The position numbers and the translations under genes were made by a program. A stretch of 64,000 bases of DNA from Bdellovibrionota bacterium FG-1 (lineage in GTDB: Bacteria > Bdellovibrionota > UBA1018): NCBI GenBank assembly GCA_051382295.1, contig JBBCAW010000062.1, forward strand, positions 32,001 through 96,000, read 5' to 3'. The notes below the pieces were generated by a model. The model saw only the letters and a list, made by a program, of their open reading frames with translations, searched no databases and had not been told where the DNA came from. This document shows, in pieces, positions 46,056 to 57,137 of this stretch. Each line of letters starts with the position of its first letter. The first letter of the stretch is position 1.

Positions 46056-47291
46056 TCAATTCAAAGCTTCCCATCGAAAAATCCCAGGGATGTACGCTCC
46101 ATCCACCAGGCCATCCAAAACCACCGAATCCGGCATAAGCGACATAATCACATCAAATTCGCGGCCGCCCGGAAGAGCCGGTTTAAACTTTCCAAAAAAA
46201 CGCTGCTCCCGCACCGAAGGGCCGTAAACCACAGGAGGAAGACGCCAATCTGAGCCGCCAAAAATTTTTTGTCCATCGGTCAAAAATATCTTCACACCAA
46301 AAGTCGCAAGCATACCAGCGCCGACAATCTTCCCAGAAATCGACCCCATTTTTTTCTCCGCTCCCACCTTTCCCTCATTGTCGAAAGCCCTGCCAAAAAG
46401 TGCAAACTTCTCTTCACCATCTCCTGGTTTCAAATACGTTCGTATCGGAAAATGAAATTCTGGCCCAAATAACTGGTTAGCCCACTGAGGGTCCACACTA
46501 AACCCACCAAACCACCCTTGCTCAGACTCCCGAGAAGCCTCGAAGTGAAAAAAAGGCAAAATCTCAAGCGAATCTCCCACAGTGTTAGGTAAAATATCCA
46601 AAAGTCCTCTCACCAAAAGCGACTCCGAATACCCTTCGGACATCAAACCCGCCCCTCCATGCGACAACCCAAACACATGGCCGATTTCATGCACAATCGC
46701 GCGATAAAGAACCCCGCCCTTACCCTCATGCCAGGCTCGATCGCGCAGATGACCGCCTTTGTAGCGCAAAGGCCCCGAATCTGCTGAAATATAGATAAAG
46801 CCTTTGCCCCGCAAATGGACTTCATCATAATCAGTCCGCACCGCAACACCCACCAGTCGAGTCGGATCTCCCAAAAACGCCTTTTGCTCAGGAGTTAAAA
46901 CCCCGAACTGAAACGTGACATCCTCGGTCCCTTCGCACGTCGAATGAAACACGAACTCCTGAGTTCCCACACGAATCGGCTCCCACGGACTATTTGGATT
47001 CCCGGTCAGGTACTTAACCACCTCAGCCGCGGGATCACTCATTTGGGTTTTCCAATACGCAATCGCACGACTCACCAAATCCGGCACAAGCGTAGGAATG
47101 TCGCCAAAAACTGTCGGATCGGACAAAATGCAATAAGTTACCGTTGCCGTATTTTTCAAAAACCACGGATTATTGGCATCCTTCAAAATATTCCCGCCGC
47201 CACTCGTCCATCCCCCGGCAAAAACCGTTGACGCGGCAAGACTTCCCAAAACAGCAAAAAACAAATTGAATCTCTTCATTTCTAGTTTCAT
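46056..47291 (-). CDS. Secreted metzincin-type metallopeptidase with N-terminal GGG motif
   Basis: Signal peptide ending VFA, mature start GGWTSGGGN, HEIGHVFGLSH zinc motif followed by an LM Met-turn. Confidence 0.82.
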   Translation of the reverse strand: MKLEMKRFNLFFAVLGSLAASTVFAGGWTSGGGNILKDANNPWFLKNTATVTYCILSDPTVFGDIPTLVPDLVSRAIAYWKTQMSDPAAEVVKYLTGNPNSPWEPIRVGTQEFVFHSTCEGTEDVTFQFGVLTPEQKAFLGDPTRLVGVAVRTDYDEVHLRGKGFIYISADSGPLRYKGGHLRDRAWHEGKGGVLYRAIVHEIGHVFGLSHGGAGLMSEGYSESLLVRGLLDILPNTVGDSLEILPFFHFEASRESEQGWFGGFSVDPQWANQLFGPEFHFPIRTYLKPGDGEEKFALFGRAFDNEGKVGAEKKMGSISGKIVGAGMLATFGVKIFLTDGQKIFGGSDWRLPPVVYGPSVREQRFFGKFKPALPGGREFDVIMSLMPDSVVLDGLVDGAYIPGIFRWEALN

Positions 47292-47370
47292 CTAGGTTCC
47301 CTTCTTACATTTTTAAGCTCATTTTTCCAGTCAATGCCCCGGGCAGTCACCAACGTCGCTCAAAACTCCC

Positions 47371-47401
47371 AATAAATGAATTATGAAGTAATTCATTTAT
47401 T
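47371..47401. promoter_or_regulatory. Perfect 13-5-13 inverted repeat (candidate operator)
   Basis: AATAAATGAATTA-TGAAG-TAATTCATTTATT between divergent genes. Confidence 0.75.
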
Positions 47402-47434
47402 TCAATTTGTTGCACTAAAAGTTAACATTCAGAA

Positions 47435-48262
47435 ATGGACCTCTTTCTTTGTGACGATTACAAAAAAATCCTTCGCAACCGCGTCGAAAAGCTCAAAACC
47501 CAAAACAAGCGGATGACCTTCCAAAACCTGGCCACCTTCTGCCGCATCCAAAAAACCTATCTTTCGCGAGTTTTCAGCCATGACAAAAACCACCTCAGCC
47601 CCGATCAATTCTATCTGGCTCTCGAATTTTTAGGCTTCTCAAACGAGGAGCGCAACTACCTCCACCTCGTTTTTGAACGCCAGCGCACCGATCTTGCTCA
47701 GCGCCGCGAGAACCTGGCCCTCCAAATTGAAACAATCCGCAAGGTCCGCCTTCGTACCGAATCCCACCTCACCATCTCACCGACCGCCGTTCAGCAACAA
47801 GACTGGACGGACTACTACCTGGATCCCAACTGCCAGCTCGTACACCTCTTTCTCACCGTCCCCAAATATGCCGAGCAGGCCGAGCTCATCCGTAAAAAAC
47901 TAGAATTGCCCAAACGACGTTTTGACGAAATCCTGAAACGTCTCCTGCGAATGGGCGTGATTTCGGTTGAACCTGAAGGCTACAAAGTCGTGCGCGAGCA
48001 AATGCACTTACCTTCGGAATCACCCCTTCTCGGACCCTATCGAACTTTGCTCCGAATAAAAGGGTTAGAACGAATGCAAAAGCTCTCTAGCGATGAGGCC
48101 TATACGTTTTCGGTGGTCTTTTCGGCCAGCCCTAAGGAGAAAAAATGGATCCAAACCGAATTCCTGGCCCTTCTTAAACGAATCGAAAAGACGGTCGCCA
48201 AGGCGCCCGCTACCGAAGTCTATCAAATGAGCTTTGATCTTTTTGATTGGAGTGGCGGCTAA
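47435..48262 (+). CDS. TIGR02147/DUF4423-family putative DNA-binding protein
   Basis: DYKKIL, HTH (LATFCRIQKTYLSRVF), YYLDP, C-terminal VYQMSFDLF; paralogue of 30344-31144. Confidence 0.85.
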   Translation: MDLFLCDDYKKILRNRVEKLKTQNKRMTFQNLATFCRIQKTYLSRVFSHDKNHLSPDQFYLALEFLGFSNEERNYLHLVFERQRTDLAQRRENLALQIETIRKVRLRTESHLTISPTAVQQQDWTDYYLDPNCQLVHLFLTVPKYAEQAELIRKKLELPKRRFDEILKRLLRMGVISVEPEGYKVVREQMHLPSESPLLGPYRTLLRIKGLERMQKLSSDEAYTFSVVFSASPKEKKWIQTEFLALLKRIEKTVAKAPATEVYQMSFDLFDWSGG

Positions 48263-48488
48263 CTGAGCACCGAGTAAAAGGGACTGATAAAAACTCAAGA
48301 ACGATCAGCATCATTGACCGCTTTAGTCGGCGCAAGCTTTTTTTAGTTGAAATTTCCAACTCGACCTTCGGTTCGGGACGCTGCCCTGGCCAGGCCTACC
48401 CGATCTCCGCTCGCCTTTGGTGCTCGGTTTGTGGATAATGGAAATAAGGGGGGTAAAATTATGCACCCATCCTCGGGAGGTATGAAAG

Positions 48489-49061
48489 ATGAATTCAACA
48501 GCTAAAAAACTAGCGACCTATAGCGATTTGTTTGCATTGCCAGATCATATTGTGGGGGAGATCATCGCCGGAGAATTGATTACCTCGCCACGACCAGGGC
48601 CAAGGCATGCACGAGCATCATCAATCCTCGGAGGTGAGATAACAGGACCGTTCGACAAAGGGCAAGGCGGCCCTGGCGGCTGGTGGATTTTGGATGAACC
48701 CGAGCTTCACCTGGGTGGAGATATCCTCGTTCCCGATCTTGCTGGATGGAAAAAAGAAAAACTACCTACGATTCCTTTGGACAAACAATACTTTGAAATA
48801 GCACCTAATTGGATTTGTGAAGTTTTATCTGAAAGCACAGCCCGCCTGGATCGAGTAAAAAAGCTTCCCATTTACGCGCGCGAGAAAGTGCATTTCGTAT
48901 GGTTGATCGATCCGAAGGCGAAGACACTGGAGATCTATCAGCAAGAGAATTCACGATGGATATTACTGAATACCTTCGCGGGGGATGAACGTGTGCGCGC
49001 GGCCCCCTTCGATGCGATTGAAATCGACCTGGGTGCTCTTTGGCTCCCGGATGAGCAATAG
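48489..49061 (+). CDS. Uma2-family (DUF820) PD-(D/E)xK endonuclease-like protein
   Basis: GEII.GEL, PGGWWILDEPELHL, VPDLAGW, PNWICEVLS, WLIDP. Confidence 0.92.
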   Translation: MNSTAKKLATYSDLFALPDHIVGEIIAGELITSPRPGPRHARASSILGGEITGPFDKGQGGPGGWWILDEPELHLGGDILVPDLAGWKKEKLPTIPLDKQYFEIAPNWICEVLSESTARLDRVKKLPIYAREKVHFVWLIDPKAKTLEIYQQENSRWILLNTFAGDERVRAAPFDAIEIDLGALWLPDEQ

Positions 49062-49196
49062 CGAAGCGTGCGGATTCCGCCCGCTTTTCCGATCGTCGTG
49101 CCGCCATTAACCAGGGGAATTACATAGATCGAATCCACCAAAAAGTAAAATGACCTTGACTCCGAATTACTTTTTGCCCAAAAATCGAGGTCATCC

Positions 49197-50342
49197 ATGT
49201 CATTACTGAAGACTTTGCCCGAACGAATCTATGCTGGGCCCATCAAAAAGGATCTTGAAAAGAAAATGATTTTTATGGGGGGACCTCGTCAAGTCGGGAA
49301 AACCACCTTGGCCACCTCTTTTTTGAAGGACTTCTACGACGGACACCCCGCCTACTTGAACTGGGATAATGAGCTTTCCAGAAGAATCATTAAAAAAGGA
49401 GACTGGCCCAAAGACCAACCTCTTATTATTTTTGACGAAATTCACAAACGAAAGGGCTGGCAAAGCTTAGTTAAGGGCATTTGAGATACCTGGAAGAACA
49501 CCCAGCGATTCATCGTCACCGGATCTGCTCGACTGAACATATTTCGCAAGGGCGGCGATTCAATACTAGGCCGCTATCACTACTATCGAATCCACCCCTT
49601 TTCTTTGCCTGAGCTAGGAATTTCAAAAAAAAATCTCGAACTGATCTTTGAATTTAGCGGATTCCCTGAACCTCTCCTTTAGCAAGACCAAACCGAGTTG
49701 CGACGCTGGCACCTTCAAAGGGTCTTTAAACTGGTGCGAATTGATTTAAGAGACCTCGAAAACGTCAGCGACTTAGACAAGGTCGAATTACTCGCAGAAA
49801 GCTTAGCTCCAAAAGTAGGAAGTCCCCTGTCGTATAAGTCATTGGCGGAAGACTTAGAGGTTTCTGATAAAACCGTTAAACGATGGGTTCAAATTCTGGA
49901 CACCTTATACTACTGCTATCTTATTCCCCCATTTGACTCACATAAAATTAAGGCCATAAAAAAATCTCAAAAACTCTATCTGTGGGATTGGTCTCAGGTC
50001 GAAGACCCTGGATTTCGATTTGAAAACATGGTTGCTTCTCACTTACTTAAATTATGCGACTACTGGCAGGATGTTTTAGGACACCGATCAGAGCTGAGGT
50101 ATATTCGCGACGAAAAGGGCAAAGAAGTGGATTTTGTCGTTTTGCGAAATCGCAAACCGTTATTTGCCGTAGAATGCAAATTATCAGACACTGACATTGC
50201 CCCCTCTTTGCTCGAGCTCAAGTCAAGGCTGGATATTCCAAAGTGGTACCAAGTTCATATGGGATTAAAAACACGAATCGTAAGTCCTGACTTTTCGATC
50301 ATGCCCTTTGATAAATTCTGCGAAGAGCTGGCTTTAGTATAG
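49197..50342 (+). pseudogene. AAA_14 + DUF4143 ATPase interrupted by two in-frame stops
   Basis: One continuous frame: GPRQVGKTT, IFDEIHK, TGA (49482-49484), VTGSA, GDS..GR, GFPEP, TAG (49680-49682), KLYLWD, FEN.V, EVDF, AVECK. Confidence 0.88.
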
Positions 50343-50381
50343 TAAAATGAGGTACATCATTAGCCTCGGAGGCACCACCCC

Positions 50382-52079
50382 ATGATCCTACTCAATCCCA
50401 AAAAATACGCTCATCAATATCCCGATGCCCCATCCCGCGAAATCATGCTCAAAACGATCGAGTTTTTTGAGTCTCGCGGTAAAAAGCGACTCAAGCAGGA
50501 TGACCATGAATGCGCCTGGTATGCGGACTTTCTAGAGTTCATCAAAAAAGAAAAAATCTTTGCCACCCTCATGACCCCAGCCGGTTACGGTGCCGCGGAC
50601 TCACGCTGGGATACCTGGCGAAACTGCGGTTTTAACGAAATATTAGGGTTTTATGGCCTCAATTATTGGTACACCTGGCAAGTCTCCATGCTGGGCTTAG
50701 GCCCCATCTGGATGGGCGGAAACGAAGCGATTAAAAAACACACGGCCCAACTTCTTCAAGACGGCGGAATTTTTGCGTTTGGTCTCTCCGAAAAAGAACA
50801 TGGTGCAGATCTCTATTCCTCCGAAATGAAGCTACTTCCCCAGCCCGATGGGACCTTCAAAGCTAGGGGAAGTAAATACTATATCGGCAATGCCAACAAA
50901 GCGGCTCTAGTCTCCACTTTCGCCAAAATCGGAAATTCCGACGAATACGTCTTTTTTGCGGTAGACTCCCAACACCCCAAATATGAATGCGTCCAGAACG
51001 TGGTCCACTCACAGAACTACGTGGCCGAATACGCACTGCATGATTACCCCATTACAGAAGCGGACATTTTATCCAAAGGGATCGAAGCCTGGGATTCTTC
51101 ACTCAACACCATTAATGTCTGCAAATTCAACCTGGGCTGGGCCTCCATCGGAATGTGCACGCATGCGTTTTACGAGGCCATCGACCACGCCGCCGGTCGA
51201 CACCTTTTCAATCATGCGGTGACCGATTTTGCGCATATTCAACAGTTCTTTGTCGATGCTTACGCGCGCCTCAGCGCCATGAAGCTTTTTAGCCTGCGCG
51301 CTGCAGATTATATGCGTTCAGCCTCGCCCGATGATCGACGCTATTTGCTTTATAATCCGATGGTCAAAATGAAAGTCACGACCCAAGGCGAAGAAGTCAT
51401 CAATCTTCTTTGGGACGTCATAGCGGCCAAGGGATTTGAAAAAAACATGTATTTCGAGACCGCCGCCCGGGACATTCGCGCCCTTCCCAAGCTGGAAGGC
51501 ACCGTCCATGTCAACATGGCGCTGGTCGTGAAATTCATGCAAAATTACCTATTCAAGCCCGCTCCCTTTCCGGAAATTTCGAGACGCGATGATCCTGCCA
51601 ACGATGAATTTCTCTTTCATCAAGGCGCCACCAAAGGGCTCGGAAAAATTCGTTTCCATGATTACCAGATTGCGTATGACAGCGTAAACCTGCCCAACGT
51701 GGAGATTTTTAAAACCCAAATCAAGCGCTTTAAACGACTCCTCGCGCTCGCGCCGCCCAACAAAACCCAAAAGGAGGACTTCGACTTCTTGCTCATTTTG
51801 GGCGAACTGTTCACGCTCATCGCCTACGGCCAGCTCATTATCGAAAATGCCAAGATTTATGACATCGGCGACGATCTCCTCGACCAAATTTTCGATTTCA
51901 TGGTACGGGACTTCTCGAAGTTTGCCCTTCAGCTCTACTCAAAAACCAGCAGTACCCGGCTCCAAATGTTCCTAGCCCGCCACCTCATTTGCAAACCGGT
52001 GGTCGCTCCAGAACGCTTTGTACGAGTCTGGAAAGAGCAGGTCTTTTCGCTCCGCCGAGCCTATCAAATGAAGGAATAA
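50382..52079 (+). CDS. Acyl-CoA dehydrogenase family protein
   Basis: FAFGLSEKEHGAD, GSKYYIGN, LPKLEGT. Confidence 0.9.
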   Translation: MILLNPKKYAHQYPDAPSREIMLKTIEFFESRGKKRLKQDDHECAWYADFLEFIKKEKIFATLMTPAGYGAADSRWDTWRNCGFNEILGFYGLNYWYTWQVSMLGLGPIWMGGNEAIKKHTAQLLQDGGIFAFGLSEKEHGADLYSSEMKLLPQPDGTFKARGSKYYIGNANKAALVSTFAKIGNSDEYVFFAVDSQHPKYECVQNVVHSQNYVAEYALHDYPITEADILSKGIEAWDSSLNTINVCKFNLGWASIGMCTHAFYEAIDHAAGRHLFNHAVTDFAHIQQFFVDAYARLSAMKLFSLRAADYMRSASPDDRRYLLYNPMVKMKVTTQGEEVINLLWDVIAAKGFEKNMYFETAARDIRALPKLEGTVHVNMALVVKFMQNYLFKPAPFPEISRRDDPANDEFLFHQGATKGLGKIRFHDYQIAYDSVNLPNVEIFKTQIKRFKRLLALAPPNKTQKEDFDFLLILGELFTLIAYGQLIIENAKIYDIGDDLLDQIFDFMVRDFSKFALQLYSKTSSTRLQMFLARHLICKPVVAPERFVRVWKEQVFSLRRAYQMKE

Positions 52080-52097
52080 AACGAGGCCAGAGGAGAC

Positions 52098-53210
52098 ATG
52101 ATTCGATCGCTTTACGTCCACTTCCCTTTTTGCGAAAGCAAATGCCATTACTGTGACTTTTATTCGCTCGGAAAAGAACGCACTCGCCCCGGTGATCCGA
52201 CGGCATTTGAAGCCGCCCTCCGAAAGGAGTCGGAGCAAGCCGCCCCGTTACTCGACACAGAGCTGGATACGATCTTTTTTGGGGGGGGAACGCCCAGTAT
52301 GACTCCCCCTGATTCCATGGCTCGTGCACTGGAGCCTATCCTTAAGCGTTGCAAAATCACTCCCCAAACGGAATGGACCATGGAAGCGAATCCCTCTTCC
52401 ATCAACCGTGAAAACCTCCAAGGTTATCAAAAACTGGGAGTCAATCGAATCAGCATGGGAGTCCAGGCCATGCGTGACGATCTATTATTGAAATTGGGAC
52501 GAGTCCATTCCCGCGAAAAGGCCCTTATCGCACTCGACACGCTTTTTGAGGTCGGCTTTAAGAATGTATCCGTAGATTTACTTTGCGGCGTCCCCGGGCA
52601 ATCCCTAAAAGACATTGAGGAAGCCCTCTCCCTATTGACCCAATTCCCGATTACCCATCTCAGTTGCTATTTACTGACACTCCCACCGCACCATCGGATG
52701 TTCGCAGAACTTCCCCATGAGGATGATCAGCTCGCTCACTTACTCTTTTTGGATCCATGGATGACCGCCCATGGCTTTGAACATTATGAAATTTCCAACT
52801 ACGCCCGCCCCGGCAAGCAGGCCCGCCACAATCTAGCCTATTGGAAGGGGACATCCTATCTTGGCTTGGGGCCTTCGGCCCACTCTTTTGATGCTCGCCA
52901 ATCCAAGCGATGGAAGCATGTCTCTTCGCTCCACAAATACGCCCACCTCTTGCAAACAGGCCAAAGTCCCATCGAATGGACAGAAATCCTGACCGAAGAG
53001 CAAAAAAGCCTTGAAAGATGGATGCTGGCCCTACGCCTCGCCGAGGGTTTTCCGGAGAGCTGGCTAGGGAGTTCCACCCAAAAAGCTCGGGCGCAAGCTC
53101 TGGAAAATGAAGGGTTTCTGGAAGCCCATCCGCAAACGCCCACCCGCAAGCGGCTTACCACTAAGGGATTTGCTCTTTCAGATCAAGTCATTGCTGCGCT
53201 TGCTCGGTAA
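52098..53210 (+). CDS. hemW: Radical SAM heme chaperone HemW
   Basis: LYVHFPFCESKCHYCDF, FFGGGTPS, YEISNY, HNLAYW; upstream of grpE. Confidence 0.9.
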   Translation: MIRSLYVHFPFCESKCHYCDFYSLGKERTRPGDPTAFEAALRKESEQAAPLLDTELDTIFFGGGTPSMTPPDSMARALEPILKRCKITPQTEWTMEANPSSINRENLQGYQKLGVNRISMGVQAMRDDLLLKLGRVHSREKALIALDTLFEVGFKNVSVDLLCGVPGQSLKDIEEALSLLTQFPITHLSCYLLTLPPHHRMFAELPHEDDQLAHLLFLDPWMTAHGFEHYEISNYARPGKQARHNLAYWKGTSYLGLGPSAHSFDARQSKRWKHVSSLHKYAHLLQTGQSPIEWTEILTEEQKSLERWMLALRLAEGFPESWLGSSTQKARAQALENEGFLEAHPQTPTRKRLTTKGFALSDQVIAALAR

Positions 53211-53232
53211 AAGAAAAAATTCGAATTGGAGT

Positions 53233-53258
53233 TTGACTCCACCCGGGTCGTTCCCATA
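53233..53258 (+). promoter_or_regulatory. Possible sigma-32-type heat-shock promoter
   Basis: TTGACT-14 bp-CCCATA upstream of grpE-dnaK-dnaJ. Confidence 0.4.
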
Positions 53259-53300
53259 GTAAGTCAAGACACACGCAGAACTTTTGGAGGTCTTACGGTC

Positions 53301-53870
53301 GTGGATCATACGTCAAACGAGAATCAAACGCCTAGCGAAGCCCCTGCCCCCGCCGAGAATCAGGATGCCAATGCCGCGACAGCTGACGCCAATAGCGCGC
53401 AAGTCATCTTGGAATTGGAAGCACAACTCAAAGAAAAGACCGATAAATACCTTTATCTCTACGCTGAATTCGACAATTTCAAAAAACGCTCCATCAAAGA
53501 ACGGTCAGATTTGATCAAATTTGGCTGGGAGTCGGTCGCCCGTGAACTGATTTTAGTGCTCGATAACTTCGAACGCGCCCTTTCACATATCCCCGCTAAT
53601 ACGGATAAAAACCTGACCGAGGGGCTGAAGATGATCGCAAGTCAATTTCGCGGAACTCTTCAGAAACAAGGCATGCAGCAAGTGCAGGTCATCGGCAAAG
53701 AATTTGATCCTGAGCTGGCTGAAGCCGTGGGGCAAATACCCTCCGACCAGCCTGCTGGCACGGTTGTCAGAGAAGAACTGCCCGGCTATACGCTTCATGG
53801 ACGGCTATTGCGCCCAGCTAACGTCATTTTGAGCACGGGACAGGCAAATCAAGAAAAAGTTGCCAACTGA
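53301..53870 (+). CDS. grpE: Nucleotide exchange factor GrpE
   Basis: AEFDNFKKR, LDNFERAL, FDPE..EAV, GYTLHGRLLRPA; GTG start after GGAGG. Confidence 0.95.
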   Translation: MDHTSNENQTPSEAPAPAENQDANAATADANSAQVILELEAQLKEKTDKYLYLYAEFDNFKKRSIKERSDLIKFGWESVARELILVLDNFERALSHIPANTDKNLTEGLKMIASQFRGTLQKQGMQQVQVIGKEFDPELAEAVGQIPSDQPAGTVVREELPGYTLHGRLLRPANVILSTGQANQEKVAN

Positions 53871-53945
53871 AGATTCGTCACCATTTTCCTAATTAGGATA
53901 TTTGAACTGTTCATCAAGATTGAAAAGAAAGCGAGAAATTGAATC

Positions 53946-55883
53946 ATGGGTAAAATCATTGGAATTGACTTGGGAACGACCAACTCTTGCGTCTCCGTAC
54001 TTGAAGGGGGCGAGCCTAAGGTGATCCCAAACTCCGAAGGAACGAACACGACACCATCGATCGTTGGCTTTAGTAATTCCGGTGAACGTGTCGTCGGACA
54101 GTCTGCAAAGCGCCAAGCCATTACCAACCCAGAACGGACCGTTTTTGAATCCAAGCGCCTTATTGGCCGCAAATTTAGTTCAAAAGAAGTACAAGAATTT
54201 ATCAAAGTTGCTCCTTTTAAAATCATTGAAGCCAAAAATGGTGACGCATGGGTCCAGGTAGGTGATCGCGAATACTCTCCTCAGGAAATCTCCGCGCTCG
54301 TGCTTCAGAAGATGAAAAAAACAGCTGAAGACTACCTCGGAGAACCGGTTACTGAAGCCGTCGTCACCGTCCCTGCTTATTTTAACGACGCCCAGCGTCA
54401 AGCAACCAAAGACGCTGGCCGCATTGCAGGTCTCGAAGTCAAACGTATTATTAACGAACCGACCTCTGCGGCACTGGCCTATGGCCTTGATAAGGGCGGA
54501 AAAAATCACACGGTTGCGGTTTTCGACCTAGGCGGCGGCACCTTTGATATCTCGATCCTCGAATTGGGGGACGGCGTATTTGAAGTGAAAGCGACCAACG
54601 GCGACACCTTTTTGGGAGGTGGCAACTTCGACCAAAAAATTATTGACTGGCTTTCGAGCGAGTTCCAGAAAGAAAGTGGGATCGATCTCCGCAAAGATCG
54701 CATGGCTTTGCAGCGCTTGAAGGAGGCCGCTGAAAAGGCCAAAATTGAACTCTCAAGCACGACCCAGACGGATATCAATCTTCCGTTTATCACGGCGGAT
54801 TCGAGCGGTCCTAAACATCTGAATCTTCAGCTTTCACGCAATAAACTCGAAGCTCTGGTTGCGGAACTCATCGAAAAGATGGTGCCACCGTCCGAGACAT
54901 GCTTGAAAGACTCAGGGCTCAACAAGAGCCAGATCGACGAAGTCATCCTCGTCGGTGGCATGACCCGTATGCCGCGAGTTCAAGCCAAGGTTAAGGAGAT
55001 CTTCGGCAAAGAACCTCACAAAGGCGTGAACCCCGACGAAGTCGTGGCGATCGGTGCTGCCGTTCAAGGCGGCGTACTTAAGGGCGAAGTCAAAGATGTG
55101 CTCTTGCTCGATGTCACTCCACTGAGCCTCGGTATCGAAACTCTCGGTGGCGTGTTCACCAAGCTCATCGAAAAAAATACAACGATCCCCACCAAGAAAT
55201 CGCAAACTTTCTCAACAGCTGCTGATAACCAAAACGCGGTGACCATTCACTGTCTGCAAGGCGAACGAGAATTTGCTGAATACAACAAATCCCTGGGTCG
55301 CTTTGATCTTGTTGGCATCCCTCCCGCTCCCCGCGGCGTACCGCAAGTCGAAGTTACATTCGACATCGACGCTAACGGCATTGTCCACGTTGGGGCAAAG
55401 GATCTAGGCACCGGCAAAGAACAATCGATCAAAATCACGGCCTCAGGTGGTTTGACCGAAGAAGAAATCAAACGCATGCAGACAGAAGCTGAAGCGCATA
55501 AAGCCGAAGACGATAAGCGTAAAGAACTCGTCAACGCCCGCAACACACTCGACGGCTTAATCTATACGATTGAAAAGACGTTGAAAGAAAATGGCGAGAA
55601 AATCGCCGCAGATACTAAGAGTAATGTCGAAGCCGCATTGGTTGAGGCTCGTAAACACTTGGATAGCAAGGAGCTCGAAGAGCTTCGCAAAGCCACAGAA
55701 CAATTGACTGCGGCCTCAAACAAGATGGCTGAGCAAATGTATAAGACTGCCGGCACACCAGGCGCTGATGCTAGTCAACCAGGAAATGGTGCAGAAGCCC
55801 ACGCCGCGGGCGACCAGGGTCATGCAAAAAAAGACGGCGCCCAGGGTGACGATGTCATCGATGCGGACTTCAAAGAAGTCTAA
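53946..55883 (+). CDS. dnaK: Chaperone DnaK
   Basis: [26 protein letters not shown]-terminal DADFKEV. Confidence 0.99.
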   Translation: MGKIIGIDLGTTNSCVSVLEGGEPKVIPNSEGTNTTPSIVGFSNSGERVVGQSAKRQAITNPERTVFESKRLIGRKFSSKEVQEFIKVAPFKIIEAKNGDAWVQVGDREYSPQEISALVLQKMKKTAEDYLGEPVTEAVVTVPAYFNDAQRQATKDAGRIAGLEVKRIINEPTSAALAYGLDKGGKNHTVAVFDLGGGTFDISILELGDGVFEVKATNGDTFLGGGNFDQKIIDWLSSEFQKESGIDLRKDRMALQRLKEAAEKAKIELSSTTQTDINLPFITADSSGPKHLNLQLSRNKLEALVAELIEKMVPPSETCLKDSGLNKSQIDEVILVGGMTRMPRVQAKVKEIFGKEPHKGVNPDEVVAIGAAVQGGVLKGEVKDVLLLDVTPLSLGIETLGGVFTKLIEKNTTIPTKKSQTFSTAADNQNAVTIHCLQGEREFAEYNKSLGRFDLVGIPPAPRGVPQVEVTFDIDANGIVHVGAKDLGTGKEQSIKITASGGLTEEEIKRMQTEAEAHKAEDDKRKELVNARNTLDGLIYTIEKTLKENGEKIAADTKSNVEAALVEARKHLDSKELEELRKATEQLTAASNKMAEQMYKTAGTPGADASQPGNGAEAHAAGDQGHAKKDGAQGDDVIDADFKEV

Positions 55884-55902
55884 TTTGAGTAAAATTGAAT
55901 AA

Positions 55903-55934
55903 GGGGTGAATTCGACTCCGTCGGGTTCGCCCCC
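55903..55934 (+). terminator. Stem-loop between dnaK and dnaJ (attenuator or mRNA stabiliser)
   Basis: GGGGTGAATTCGAC-TCC-GTCGGGTTCGCCCC with no strong U-tract. Confidence 0.55.
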
Positions 55935-55982
55935 TAATCAGTTGTCGCCGTAGTGCTTTGCGCCACAAGGAGACTCTGAAAA

Positions 55983-57137
55983 TTGGCCAACAAACGCGAT
56001 TATTACGAAATCCTGGGATTAGCTCGGAACGCGCAGCCCGAAGAAATAAAAAAGGCCTATCGCAGGCTTGCTGTTCAGTTTCATCCAGACAAAAATCCAG
56101 GTGATAAAAAAGCTGAAGAAAAATTCAAAGAGCTTTCAGAAGCCTACGAAGTACTTTCGGACGCACAAAAGCGACAAATGTATGATCAGTTTGGCCATGC
56201 TGCGGGCGCGGGCAACGCAGGAGGCGGGCAAGGTTTTGGCGGTGGCTTCGAGGGCTTCGGAGGCGGTGGCGCATCGATCAACGATATCTTTGGCGATATT
56301 TTTGGTGATATCTTTGGTGCCCAAGGCGGCGCTCGCGGTCGTGGTGGCCGGCGCCGCGCTGGAAAGCCCGGGTCCGACCTTCGCACCACGATAGACATTA
56401 GCTTTGAAGAGGCCGCCTTCGGCGCTGAAAAAGTGATCACAGTCCCAAAAACAGTTCGGTGCGACACCTGCGAAGGAACTGGCGCTCAGGCGGGAACTCA
56501 GCCCGAAGACTGTTCGCAATGCGGTGGCCGGGGCGAAGTCAGCTTTCAACAGGGCTTTTTTGCAATCACTCGTCCGTGCCCAAGATGTAATGGTGCGGGG
56601 CAATCCATCCCACACCCCTGTGCGACCTGCCATGGCTCGGGCAATATAAAAAAACGCACCCAAATTGCGGTCAAAATTCCCGCCGGCATTGACTCAGGCC
56701 AACGTCTCAAACTTTCTAATGAAGGGGAGGCCGGTGAACGAGGTGGAATGCCCGGCGACCTTTATGTCGTCATTAACATTCTTCCCCATGACTTCTTCAC
56801 TCGGGAAGATTTTGACGTGATTTGCGAAGTGCCCATTACCTTTGCTCAGGCAGCCCTAGGCGCTGAAATTCATGTTCCCACTCTAGAAGGAAAGGTCAGC
56901 CTAAAAATTCCAGCAGGGACCCAATCCCACAAAATCCTCAGACTCAAAAACAAAGGTCTCGCAAAACTCGGTTCTTACGGTCGGGGAGATCAATTAATCA
57001 AGGTGATTGTGGAGATTCCGAGCAAGCTCAGTAGCGAGCAGCGTGAACTTCTTAAGAAATTCGAGGAAGCCGGCGCCTCAAGCTCCCATCCGATGCACCA
57101 TAATTTTTTCGAGAAAGTGAAAAACCTCTTTGGATAA
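55983..57137 (+). CDS. dnaJ: Chaperone DnaJ
   Basis: HPD J-domain, G/F-rich region, four CxxCxGxG repeats; TTG start after AAGGAG. Confidence 0.98.
   Translation: MANKRDYYEILGLARNAQPEEIKKAYRRLAVQFHPDKNPGDKKAEEKFKELSEAYEVLSDAQKRQMYDQFGHAAGAGNAGGGQGFGGGFEGFGGGGASINDIFGDIFGDIFGAQGGARGRGGRRRAGKPGSDLRTTIDISFEEAAFGAEKVITVPKTVRCDTCEGTGAQAGTQPEDCSQCGGRGEVSFQQGFFAITRPCPRCNGAGQSIPHPCATCHGSGNIKKRTQIAVKIPAGIDSGQRLKLSNEGEAGERGGMPGDLYVVINILPHDFFTREDFDVICEVPITFAQAALGAEIHVPTLEGKVSLKIPAGTQSHKILRLKNKGLAKLGSYGRGDQLIKVIVEIPSKLSSEQRELLKKFEEAGASSSHPMHHNFFEKVKNLFG

Noticed and set aside
49482..49682. Stop-codon recoding (TGA/TAG read-through or alternative genetic code)
   Set aside because: TGA and TAG terminate many normal genes here (ribF, grpE, rpsF neighbours, tatC). 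Two different stops in one accessory gene fit pseudogenisation.
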